Part shown: piece by piece, positions 23,135 to 33,016 of the stretch
Position numbering within the stretch: the first letter of the stretch is position 1
How the letters are laid out: every line of letters starts with the position of its first letter
Assembly: GCF_004010195.1 (NCBI RefSeq)
Contig: NC_057758.1
Location: forward strand, 7,566,463-7,599,478
Direction of reading: 5' to 3'
Length of the DNA: 33,016 nucleotides
From: Chiloscyllium plagiosum
Taxonomy: Eukaryota
Program-made: the position numbers and the translations under genes
Notes under the pieces: model-generated
The model's input: only the letters and a program-made list of their open reading frames with translations
What the model was told of the DNA's origin: nothing
The model's database searches: none

Positions 23135-23803
23135 TTAGAACATAGAACATTGAAAATTACAGCACAGAACAGGCCCTTTGGCCCACGATGTTGTGCCGAG
23201 ATTTGATCCGAAAATAAAATATAGTAACAACCTACGTACCCTCAACTCACTGCTATCCATGTGCATGTCCAGCAGTCGCTTAAATGTCCCCAATGACTCT
23301 GCTTCCACCACCGCTGCATTCACATCTCTCTGTGTAAAAAACCTACACCTGACGTCTCCTTTATACCTTACTCTTAATATCCTCAAACTATGACTTCTTG
23401 TACCAGTCAATCCTGCCCTGGGGAAAAGTCTCTGGATATTGACTCTATCGATTCCTCTCATTATTTTGTACACTTTGATCAGGTCTCCTCTCCTCCTTCT
23501 TCTCTCCAGAGAGAAAGGTCCGAGTTTATTCAACCTTTCTTCATAAGGCAAGCCCTACAGTCCAGGCAGTAGCCTGGTACACCTTCTTTGCACACTCTCC
23601 AAAGCCTCTGTATCTTTTCCATAGTAGAGCGACCCGAACTGGACACAACGTTCCAAGTGTGGCCTCACCAGGGACTTGTAGAGCTGCAGCAAAACCTCAC
23701 GGCTCTTAAACTCTATCCCCCTGTTAATGAAAGCAAAAACACCATATGCTTTCTTAATAACCCTATTCCCTTTGGTGGCAATTTTGAGGGATCTATGTTC
23801 TTG
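23135..23803 (-). mobile_element. CR1 LINE 3' portion with (TAGAACA)n tail, running into the gap
   Basis: YEERLNKLGPFSLERRRRRGDLIKVYKIMRGIDRV...RFFTQR, with the tail at 23135-23150. Confidence 0.95.
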
Positions 23804-24303
23804 NNNNNNNNNNNNNNNNNNNNNNNNNNNNNNNNNNNNNNNNNNNNNNNNNNNNNNNNNNNNNNNNNNNNNNNNNNNNNNNNNNNNNNNNNNNNNNNNN
23901 NNNNNNNNNNNNNNNNNNNNNNNNNNNNNNNNNNNNNNNNNNNNNNNNNNNNNNNNNNNNNNNNNNNNNNNNNNNNNNNNNNNNNNNNNNNNNNNNNNNN
24001 NNNNNNNNNNNNNNNNNNNNNNNNNNNNNNNNNNNNNNNNNNNNNNNNNNNNNNNNNNNNNNNNNNNNNNNNNNNNNNNNNNNNNNNNNNNNNNNNNNNN
24101 NNNNNNNNNNNNNNNNNNNNNNNNNNNNNNNNNNNNNNNNNNNNNNNNNNNNNNNNNNNNNNNNNNNNNNNNNNNNNNNNNNNNNNNNNNNNNNNNNNNN
24201 NNNNNNNNNNNNNNNNNNNNNNNNNNNNNNNNNNNNNNNNNNNNNNNNNNNNNNNNNNNNNNNNNNNNNNNNNNNNNNNNNNNNNNNNNNNNNNNNNNNN
24301 NNN
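23804..24303. other. Assembly gap (500 N)
   Basis: N run of round length, probably a placeholder size. Confidence 1.
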
Positions 24304-25417
24304 TGATTCTCCACTGGCTGTCCCATGGTCTCCTGTTGATTGTCTGTGTTCAGTCCTTCTAGGGCTCAGTTAACTTGTTGGGCAAGGATCCTGAGTTTAT
24401 ATTTCAAATTAGCCATGTCAAGGACATTAACCGGTGAAACTACCGCCCCGTGTGCTGTGGCTAGATCATTAAGGAGTCCGCTTCTCTTTCATCTGTTAAC
24501 TGCTGATCTGGGTTTTCCCTCATATTTTCCTGTCCTTCACCCCGTTAACCCGTGGGTCAGGTGGGAATGTAATCATTTTAATGGGGAAGGACCCCACTCC
24601 GGTAACTGTATCCCTGACGTTATGATTATGATTGGTATTAGTCTATGGTGAATGTTATTGAACAGGGTTTTCCCTGTGAATTTAATGACTAGTCGATTGC
24701 GAGGGCTCAATGTATGTGGGATAAGTTGGGAGAGGAGCCTTCACTCCTGGTCTCAGCCCGTTTTTAATTGTGTTCTCGAAGAATTCTCCCTGTTGGGACT
24801 TCCTGAGGCATCGCTGTCTGAACTCTAACCCCCTGTCCGAACTCTGACTCCTGTACAGGATGTGTGCTAGATATCCCACTGCCATGTAGTCGTTCTCAGG
24901 GAAACCCCACCAATCGCCCGTGATCCCTGCGCACCTGTAACACAATGTGGGAATCCCATTGTGTACACCAAGAGCTGATGGCTTCACCTCAATCCCACTG
25001 ATTCCACAGAATGGATCCAGAGGGTCCCATCTCCACACACCGCGGTTCCTGGTGGGTCATACCACAGTGATCCTGGGTACATTGTTCTCCCTTGGGCATG
25101 TGCTACACCTTCCCATGCAGTCATTATAAAGCTCATACAGACATGCAATAAACACTCCAGAAGGTCACATCACTTCCTTGGAGTAACTGCTCCAGTGCAC
25201 TTCACAAACAGAGAACAAGAGTCATTTCTGTAAATATCTTGGTCTAATATCTGACACCATGTCCTCCATGACGTTAGAAATTTGTCAAAGTATCGAATTG
25301 TCACCCATTCCTGGTCCCCCTGTGATTGAATAAATGGAGCCCGTATGCAGGATGTGATGTGGAGGGGTGGGCTCTCCCCCAGGAAGCACAATTGAATGGC
25401 TACTCCAAGACTATCAT
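24304..25417 (-). pseudogene. env: Decayed env-like (class I fusion glycoprotein) gene of an ERV-like element; C-terminal part lost in the gap
   Basis: A single frame from 24692 reads LVIKFTGKTLFNNIHHRLIPIII...QLPEW...VNR*KR-SGLLNDLATAHGAVVSPVNVLDMANLKYKLRILAQQVN*ALEG. This is a furin-type site (24494-24483), a fusion-peptide-like stretch and a heptad repeat. Upstream are Cys/Trp-rich pieces and a signal-like MIV/LGVAIQLCFLG (ATG 25417, needs one frameshift). Confidence 0.7.
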
Positions 25418-25559
25418 GCTGTCCCTGATTGGCTACCAAGTAGCAGCTTCCGCTATCATGTGGTTGGTCAACCTCAGTGTAAAGATCACAGGCTGTTTCC
25501 ACTCCAGCTGCTGCTGACAGGATGGTACCATTGGTGTTAGTCCCCTTTTCCAGCCTTCC

Positions 25560-27000
25560 CGTTGCCAGGTGGGAATTTTGGCTGGCCGCAGTCCTGAATG
25601 AAATGGCTGGTTCAGCCACACTTAGAGCACAGTTTGGGCTTGGGCTTCATTTGGGAGAGTTCCCTTCTCCTGGGACAGGGACTTGGATGGAGGGGGAGTC
25701 CACCTGGGCTCTGTGCTGTATTCCTGCCCCTTCCTTTGCTGCTCCAGTTTTAGGAAAGGGGTGCGGAGCTGTAATAATTCCAGATCGTGCTTATGTGGCC
25801 TGATTTTCAGGATGACTGCTCGGCCCTTAACTCCTTTCCCATACAGTGATTAATTTGTGGAGGACCCAAGCGTCATTATAGGAGGCGTCTGAGGACCCGA
25901 ATTCCGGGTGTCCCTCCCTCTTTCTGAGATATGGGAGACAAGAGATAGAAACCGGTTTCTCATTGCTAAGAGAGTGTGTGTCATATCCCCGAAAACGCAA
26001 ACAAACTGGACCCAAAGTCTCTGGGTGAAGCTGATGGGGTGTTCCCCTTGTTGTGGTTCTGCATTTATGTAGCACGTCCATAGGGCCTGCCTTATCCTAC
26101 GCTACAACAGTCAGGACCACTGTCTTCATTTCATCAAGGGACCCCCGCCGAACCGCTGGCCCTCAGGGAGGGCTGAATGGCCTGCTGGACAACAACCAAT
26201 GATGATTAATTTGGTTTGTTCCTCAGTATCCAGTCCGGAATGACAGATTTCGGAAGTTCCCATCCAAAAAGTATCTGGGTCTGAGGGGAATGAAAAGGAG
26301 TCCTCTTTCTGGTGCTGCCCACGGCTGGGTGACTGCCATGGGTGTTGGGTGTGTCATGTGACCATCAGCTGTTTGACATGCGTAACTACAGGATTCATGG
26401 GATCTGGCTTGGGCTGTGGATCAGGGGTGGAGGCGAAAGGTGCGATTACCTGGGAGAAAAGCAGAGTGGGGGTACCCATCTGTGGGCGAGTGTGGATGTC
26501 TCCATGTGGGGCCTCTCGCTATGTCACTGGGGAGGGATGATCCCCAAATGCCCACATTATCCCATTCTTGGCAGAGACCTGGATCCCGACGGATTGTATT
26601 TGTCCCTGGCCCTTCCTACTAAGGCCTGCTGTACATTGCTCAGTGTTGCAGGCAGACAGGTCACATGCAGCTGGTTGGAACTCCCTACACTCCCCTTCCA
26701 GCTTGTCACTGTATTCTGAGGCTGCTTCACAGTCCCCAGTTGCCTTCCTTTCACGGGATTGGGCTCTTTCCAATTGGAACTGGAGCTGTCCCGTGTTGGG
26801 GAGGTTTTCCTGCAACGTTCTGTCCTGTTCCTTGTGGAAGAGCTCACGCTCTGACACAGTCTGTTTTTTTTTTCCCTGGAGTGAGCGAATCTCAGCTGCT
26901 ATCTTCTGATCGGGGTCCTCCAGGCTATAGATTGCTGCAAGCAGGGTATGATGTTCTTCAGGAAGAATCGATAAAGAGACTTTTTTTGTAAACGGGTAGA
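25560..27000 (-). pseudogene. gag: Decayed gag of an ERV-like/LTR element
   Basis: N-terminal coiled-coil-like frame (27000-26519), PMNPVVT (~26400), capsid-like GSLDEMKTVVL...PMDVLHKC, MHR-like QQGEHPISFTQRLW (~26055-26010), and zinc knuckle CSKCG*TSHFIQDC (CX2CX4HX4C, 25629-25588). Confidence 0.85.
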
Positions 27001-27049
27001 TGCTATAGGACTTTTGGTGTGATGGTGTGTAACATTTACAATCTGCAGC

Positions 27050-27660
27050 AGAGGGCGATCATACAGTGACTGTGTGTGTGCGCGTCTGTGTGATATTCAC
27101 AGAGTCTTCCAGTGGGATATTGCTGTTGGTGAAACTGTCCTTGTAGAAACATCTTCAGCACAATTTGTGTCAAGCAGCTTCTTCCTAGCATTGACAGATG
27201 AACTATCGATGAAAAAGCAGAACAACCTTGGAAAATCCCCTGACGTGATGCTGGGAATGAAGTACATTTGTTTGATCATCTTACATTCAATTCTAACACA
27301 TACTTCTGTTCAGTTCTCTAAACAAAAACTTCATTTGTATAATAATCTTGTGTGAAATTGTAAATACAGTGTGCTCAATTGTATGACGCATTTAACATCA
27401 TTTGTATACACCTCAAGGTCATTAAGATTGCTGACTTTACCTGTGTGACCTCGTGTGTAGCAATATTGTATTCATTTGTAGAATAAACCTGTGTTCATTT
27501 GTTCAAACATCTTGTGTTAAGATTTGCGACAAATTGCGCTAATTTCTACAAATACCTTGTGTTAATTTATGCAAAGGTCTTGTGTTGTAGCTGTTCTGTG
27601 TTTGAAACTATAGCTTTGTGTCTGTGATCATTCCACGTCTGGGTCCAGTGGGGATGTGAG
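27050..27660 (+). mobile_element. Possible LTR-like segment
   Basis: AATAAA at 27482 followed by GT-rich ttgtgtt repeats, as in an LTR R/U5 region. No clear termini or TSD, and it is oriented opposite to gag. Confidence 0.3.
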
Positions 27661-27879
27661 GATAGGGGCAGACTAGGACAGCCCTGGGCTAAACCATTGA
27701 TCTGCTGCTGTCTCCCACACCCCTCTCTAATCGCATAAAGAACATATCATTGTTCTCTCACTCTCTGTCACTATGAACAACATTCAGGAGACAGTGTTCC
27801 TAATGAGATATTACCTATACCTGTCCATTGATGCCATGGGTCCTGTATGCCTATGCACTCTTGCTCCTACAAACCCCTT

Positions 27880-28680
27880 TGTGTCATTATCAGAGGGATG
27901 GTTAGTACGTTTTCAAATGACACCAATATTGGAGGGATACTGGACAGCGGATAAGGTTGCCTTAGAGTCCAATGCACCTTGATCAGGTAGGCCGATGGTC
28001 TGAGGAGTGGCAGATGGGGTTTAATTCAGATAGATGTGAGGTGTTCCCTTTTTGTAAGGCAAATCAGGATAGGACTTATACATTTAATGGGAAAGTCCTG
28101 TGGAGTGATGCCAAACAAAGAGATCCTGGAGTGCTGATTCACAGTTGCTTGAAAGTCTGGTCGCAGATAAACAGGACTGTGAAGAAGGCATTTGGCATGC
28201 TTGCCCTTATTGGTCATTGCATTGAGTGTAAGAGTTGGAATGGTATCTTGCAGCTGTAAAGGTCATTGGTTAAGCCAATTGGAATCCTCTGTTCAATGCT
28301 GGTCTCCCTTCTACGGGGAAGATATTAAGAAACTTGAAAGGGTTCAGAAAAGATCTACCGGCATGTTGCCGGGCGAGAGGTTTCGAGCTAGAGGGGAGAG
28401 GCTGAATTTGTTGGAGGCGATTTTGCCTGGAACATTCGGGGCTAAGGGGGAGCCTTGTAGAGATTTATAAAATCATCGGGGTATAGAGAAGGTAAATAGC
28501 CAAGGTCTCTTTCCAAAGATTGAGGCGTCCAAAACTAGAGGGCAGAGCTTTAAGTCGATAGGAAAAAGATTAAAACGGGTACTGAGGGGCAAGGTTTTCA
28601 CCCAGAGAGTGGTGCTTGTATGGAACAAGATGCCAGAGGACGTGGAGAAGGTGGGTACATTGCACCATTTAAAAGGCATC
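27880..28680 (+). mobile_element. Decayed CR1 LINE ORF2 C-terminal fragment
   Basis: WSEEWQMGFNSDRCEV...QRDPGVLIH...VKKAFGMLALI...QCWSPFY...LERVQKR. Confidence 0.92.
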
Positions 28681-28988
28681 ATGCAATGCCCCCAAATCAC
28701 CAAGGTCTGTTTTTGCACATATAACTGCCATACACTGCAATGCTGAAAACGGAAAACTTTTGTGAAATATGTTTTATATACAACAAAAATAAATGTTATC
28801 ATTCGTGTTATGTGACTATCCATCTGCACACAGCAATGTCCTTCAAGGACACAGCAGTCTTCCGAGTGATTGGTAAGCTCTCTACAAAGTCGTTCAGTGC
28901 CCCCTTGCCGCCCCCTTTCAGTTCAATGCCCACCGAAGGAAGGCCAACGCCCCTCAGGGGGTGCTTCCGCCCCCATTGAGAAGCACTG
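28681..28988. mobile_element. hAT (Charlie-type) non-autonomous DNA transposon fragment, one end only
   Basis: The end TTGAGAAGCACTG (28976-28988) is a CAGTGCTTCTCAA-type TIR. The next 8 bp, GTTTAGAG, resemble the NTCTAGAN Charlie target, and subterminal gccccc motifs are repeated. The other TIR was not found. Confidence 0.6.
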
Positions 28989-28996
28989 GTTTAGAG

Positions 28997-30110
28997 GAAA
29001 ACAGGATTGAAACAGGCCCTTTTTCCCAAACTGCTCCATGCTGACCATGTGCTTGTTCCAATTGCCTACAGTTGGTCCATGTCCTTCTAACCCCTCCCCG
29101 ACCATGTACATCTTCGAATTTATTTTAAACGTTGTTATTTTTCCGTCCTCAACCACTTTCGCTGGCAACTCATTCCATTCACTCTCTGCGTGAAGAAATT
29201 GCCCCTCAGGTCCTTCCTAATTCTTTCCCTTCTTACCTTCAGTCAATGCTCTCCAGTTTTTAATTTTCCATCCCTGGGAAAAAGGTTATAAACATTAATC
29301 CTATGTCAGCCCCGCATGATTTTATACACATCACTAAGGTCACCCCTAATCCCACTCAATCCAAGGAATTAAGTCGTATACTAGCCAACCTCCCCCTATA
29401 ACTCAGGCCTGTTAATGCTGGTAACATCTTCGTAAATCTTTCGAGTATTAGTTATGTCTTTACTGTAACTGGGAACTGAACACAATACTGCAACCGCACC
29501 AATGACTTATACAGCTGTAATACAATGTTCCAACTGCTGTACTCGTTGCTTTGACCAATGCTAGATGTTTTCTTCACCACCCTGACTACCTGTAGCACCA
29601 CGTTCCAAGACAATGTACTTGCACTCCTGGGTCCCTCTGTTCCACAACACTGTTCAGGACCTTATCATTTACGGTATAAGTCCGACCTTGGATTGACTTT
29701 CCAAAGTGCAAAACCTCACATCTATCTCAATTGCATTGTATTTGCCAATCCTCAGCACACTTCCCTGCAATTTGTGACAACCTACCTCGCTCTCAACGAT
29801 ACCTCCTAATTTTATATCATCTACAAACTTACTCATCATGCCTTGTACATTCACATCCATATCATTTCTGTAAGTAACAAATACCGAAGGGCCCAGCACC
29901 GACGCCTGAGGCTCACCACTAGCTACAGGCCACCAGTCCAAGATATGACATCCAACAATTACCCTCTGTTTGCTACCATTGAGTCAATTTTGAATCCAAT
30001 TAGCTCGCTCTCCCTGTATGCCATATAACCTAAAATTCACGATTAGCCTGCCATGCATCACTTTGCCGAAGGCCTTACTAAACTCCATATACAGAAAATC
30101 CACTGCCCTG
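28997..30110 (-). mobile_element. Decayed CR1 LINE (RT to 3' end)
   Basis: SGEPQASVLGP...SKFVDDIKLGG, DFLYMEFSKAFGKV near 30100-30060, and a 3'UTR near 29000-29100. Confidence 0.92.
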
Positions 30111-30128
30111 AATTTAACATTGGAAACA

Positions 30129-30202
30129 TGCAATGACCAGGAATCGAACCTGGGTCAACTGCTTGGAAAGCAGCTATGCTAAAAACACTATACTAACATT
30201 GC
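30129..30202 (-). pseudogene. tRNA-Gly(TCC) pseudogene
   Basis: GCAATGTTAGTATAGTGTTTTTAGCATAGCTGCTTTCCAAGCAGTTGACCCAGGTTCGATTCCTGGTCATTGCA is colinear with vertebrate tRNA-Gly-TCC. The anticodon arm GCTGC-TTTCCAA-GCAGT and the T arm are intact, but the D-loop GG is replaced by a T5 run. Confidence 0.88.
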
Positions 30203-30209
30203 TCATTGT

Positions 30210-31270
30210 GGGCTTCTAAATGTTCATTGATGAAGAAGGTGAGGATGGTTAGACCTAGAATATTTCCAGGGAGGTTCTTGCAGAGATGTCTTGAAAGTGA
30301 AATTGCTGACATGAACAATGACAACAGTCCTCCTTCTTGCTACTTTGTGCTGCAACCAGCAGAGAGTCTTCTCTGGATTCTCATTGACTGTGGTTTTACC
30401 TTGGCCTGCTAGTGTCACACTAAGTCAAATCATGCCTTCTCCTCTGAGTCCACTTCATTGAATCAAGCTGTAATCAATAGCCATTGTGGCACCTAAACTT
30501 GCCATCAGTAAGCAAGTTATTGCTGATCAGGTATTGCTTGATAGTCCGATTTAATGACACCTTCCTTCCCTTCCACTGTTAGAAAATGGACAGACGACCC
30601 GTTCATTGACAACATCAGATTTGCCCTCATATTTCTGTGTAAAATGTGCCTGGGTATTTTTTTCACATTCTCGGTCCATGCCAGTGCTGTTGCGCCATCA
30701 GAACACTGTGACCTAGCAGGCGACAGGTTTTCGATATTTAACTTGTCAGGATCCACAACCTTTCAGTATCCAGTGCCTCAAGTAATTCTGTAATATCAGG
30801 GATGCTGAATTGGCTGGATACTGGGATCTGTGAACATGGGGACCTCAGGAGGAGGCTGAAATGGATCAATGTCTTGATATTTTTGGTTGAAGATTATTGC
30901 AAATGCTTCAGCTTTATCTTCTGCCCTGATGTCCTGGGCTCCCCTATAACTGAGGGTTTAGTTGTTAGAGAACAGCCTTCTCGCCCAGTGGTTTAATTGT
31001 CCACTATCTTTTATGACTAAATGTGCCAGAGCATAGAACTGTAGAACATGGATGTGATGCAAAAACTGAAATTACTGGTGTAACACGGCAGGTCTGGCAG
31101 CATCAGTGGGGAGAAACAAGACTTTCATTGGTTGTGTGATCACTTAACTCTATCTGCCACTTGTTGCAGACAAATGTTATCCTGTTTTGTAGCTTCACCA
31201 GGTTGGAACCTCATATATTGGTTTTCAGTGCTGCCGTCTGTATGTGCTGTTGTACTCTTCATCGAACCAG
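30210..31270 (-). mobile_element. Old CR1-clade LINE ORF2 fragment (pre-RT and RT start)
   Basis: VDPDKL...VEGKEGVIKSDYQAI corresponds to the GPDxI...ISKVMEGVINxAIKQ region; heavily degraded. Confidence 0.65.
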
Positions 31271-31289
31271 TCTGAAGCCTTCCTATTCA

Positions 31290-31995
31290 GATACTCACCC
31301 AGATGCCTTTTCAACGTTGTAATTGTACCAGCTTCCACCAGAGAACCATAGCGTCAATAAGCATGGAAACTGACACTTCGATGTATCCAGTCCAAGCTGG
31401 ATGTAATCCCAAACTGAACTGATCCCACCCGCCTGCTCATGATCCATCTCGCTGCAAACCCTTCCTATTCATGTATCCATCCAAATGTCTTTGTTCCATA
31501 CATACACCACCCTTTGCATGAAGGAATTCCCTCTCAGTTCGCTTTGAAATCTTTCCCCCTCACTTTGAACCCATGCTCTCTAAAATGTGGGGCAGGCAGA
31601 TTGGTGACAATACTTTTGAACAGTCCCAGCTCAGTCAGCAGGTGGTGCTGCTGAGCCTGTCTTGGTGATTGACACTGAAGCCTCCCACACATCGTCCATT
31701 CTCTGTCCTTTCCCATTTCAATGTTGTGCTCAAACAAGGAAATTCGAGGGATGTGTTAATTGATAATCAGCAGAATGATTCTGTGCCCGTGTTTAATCTG
31801 AGGTTTCATGGGGACAGAAATCAATGCTGAGCACCTCCAGGGTACTCCCGCCCACCCCCTCGACTGTATCTTACAGGGCTGCTGCCTCTGCTGGTTCTAT
31901 CCTGACAGTGGGACAGGACCTGCCCTGAGATGATCATAGTGTAGTCTGGGACATTGTCTGGAAAGTGGGATTCTGTGAGTGTGACTATTTTCGAT
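31290..31995 (-). mobile_element. Mosaic of CR1 3' pieces (31290-31580) and an old LINE endonuclease-region remnant (31581-31995)
   Basis: REHGFKVRGKDFK is a CR1 C-terminal motif. Endonuclease-like relics include IVTLTESH near 31990-31965. Confidence 0.55.
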
Positions 31996-32000
31996 TGTTA

Positions 32001-33016
32001 CATAGAACATAGAACATAGAACAATACAGCACAGAACAGGCCCTTCGGCCCACGATGTTGTGCCGAACATTTGTCCTAGCTTAAGCACCGATCCATGTAC
32101 ATATCCAATTGCCGCTTAAAGGTCACCAAAGATTCTGACTCTACCACTCCCACAAGCAGCGCATTCCATGCCCCCACCATTCTCTGGGTAAAGAACCCAC
32201 ACCTGACATCCCCCCCCATACCTTCCACCCTTCACCTTAAGTTTATGTCCCCTTGTAACACTCTGTTGTACCCGAAGAAAAAGTTTCTGACTGTCTACTC
32301 TATCTATTCCTCTGATCATCTTATAAACCTCTATCAAGTCACCCCTCATCGTTCGCCGTTCCAACGAGAAAAGGCCTAGCACTCTCAACCTATCCTCGTA
32401 CGACCTATTCTCCATTCCAGGCAACATCCTGGTAAATCTTCTCTGCACCCTCTCCAAAGCTTCCACATCTTTCCTAAAATGAGGCGACCAGAAATGCACA
32501 CAGTACTCCAAATGTGGCCCAACCAAAGTCCTGTACAGTTGCAACATCACTTCACGACTCTTGAATTCAATCCCTCTGCTAATGAACGCTAATACACCAT
32601 AGGCCTTCTTACAAGCTCTATCCACCTGAGTGGCAACTTTCAAAGATATATGAACATAGACCCAAAGATCCCTCTGCTCCTCCACCTTACTAAAAACCCT
32701 ACTGTTAACCCTGTTCCGCATTCTTATTTGTCCTTCCAAAATGGACAACCCCACACTTGGCAGGGTTGAACCCCATCTGCCACTCCTCAGCCCAGCTCCG
32801 CATCATATCCAAGTCCCTTTGCAGCCAACAGCAGCCCTCCTCACTATCCACAACTCCACAAATCTTCATATCATCTAAAAATTTACTGACCCACCCTCTT
32901 CCAAGTCATTAATAAAAATTACAAACAGCAGAGGACCCAGAACAGATCCCTGCGGAGCTCCACTTGTAACTGGACTCCAGGCTGAATATTTACCATCTAC
33001 CACCACACTCTGACTT
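32001..33016 (-). mobile_element. Relatively young CR1 LINE (RT to 3' end) with (CATAGAA)n tail; continues off the right edge
   Basis: 212-aa ORF with QRDLWVYVH...LVGPHLEYCVHFWSPH...[24 protein letters not shown] near 32960, and the tail at 32001-32023. Confidence 0.96.

Noticed and set aside
23588..24373. ORFs of 177-261 aa
   Set aside because: Artefacts of the 500-N gap.
26342..26991. Cluster of plus-strand ORFs
   Set aside because: Antisense shadows of the decayed gag.
1..27000. One giant provirus joining gag/env (24-27 kb) with pol (1-950)
   Set aside because: The order would be gag-env-pol across 23 kb with a host gene in between, so these are separate insertions.

Overview
This is repeat-rich vertebrate DNA, most likely from a shark, judging by the HE1-type V-SINE, HER1/CR1-type LINEs and GPCR family; it has two N gaps (8388-8741, 23804-24303). 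The only host gene is a two-exon class A GPCR of the GPR139-like type on the minus strand (exon 1 10112-10046, exon 2 6116-5239, 314 aa). About 2.9 kb upstream of its ATG lies a ~10.1 kb tandem array of a 73-bp unit. Half of each unit is the 3' terminus of the CR1 LINE family found elsewhere in this window. The array shows ~1.7-1.9 kb higher-order duplications and carries one SINE and three fold-back Penelope-like inserts with hammerhead-ribozyme-like cores. At 24.3-27.0 kb (minus) is a decayed retrovirus-like element in which gag (coiled coil, MHR, CCHC knuckle) runs almost directly into env (furin site, fusion peptide, heptad repeat) with no pol. Other features are a decayed retroviral-type RNase H/pol fragment at the left edge, a solo LTR, a hAT-type end, a tRNA-Gly(TCC) pseudogene and many CR1 fragments. 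All calls come from manual reading and recalled family motifs; no searches were run and repeat boundaries are approximate.
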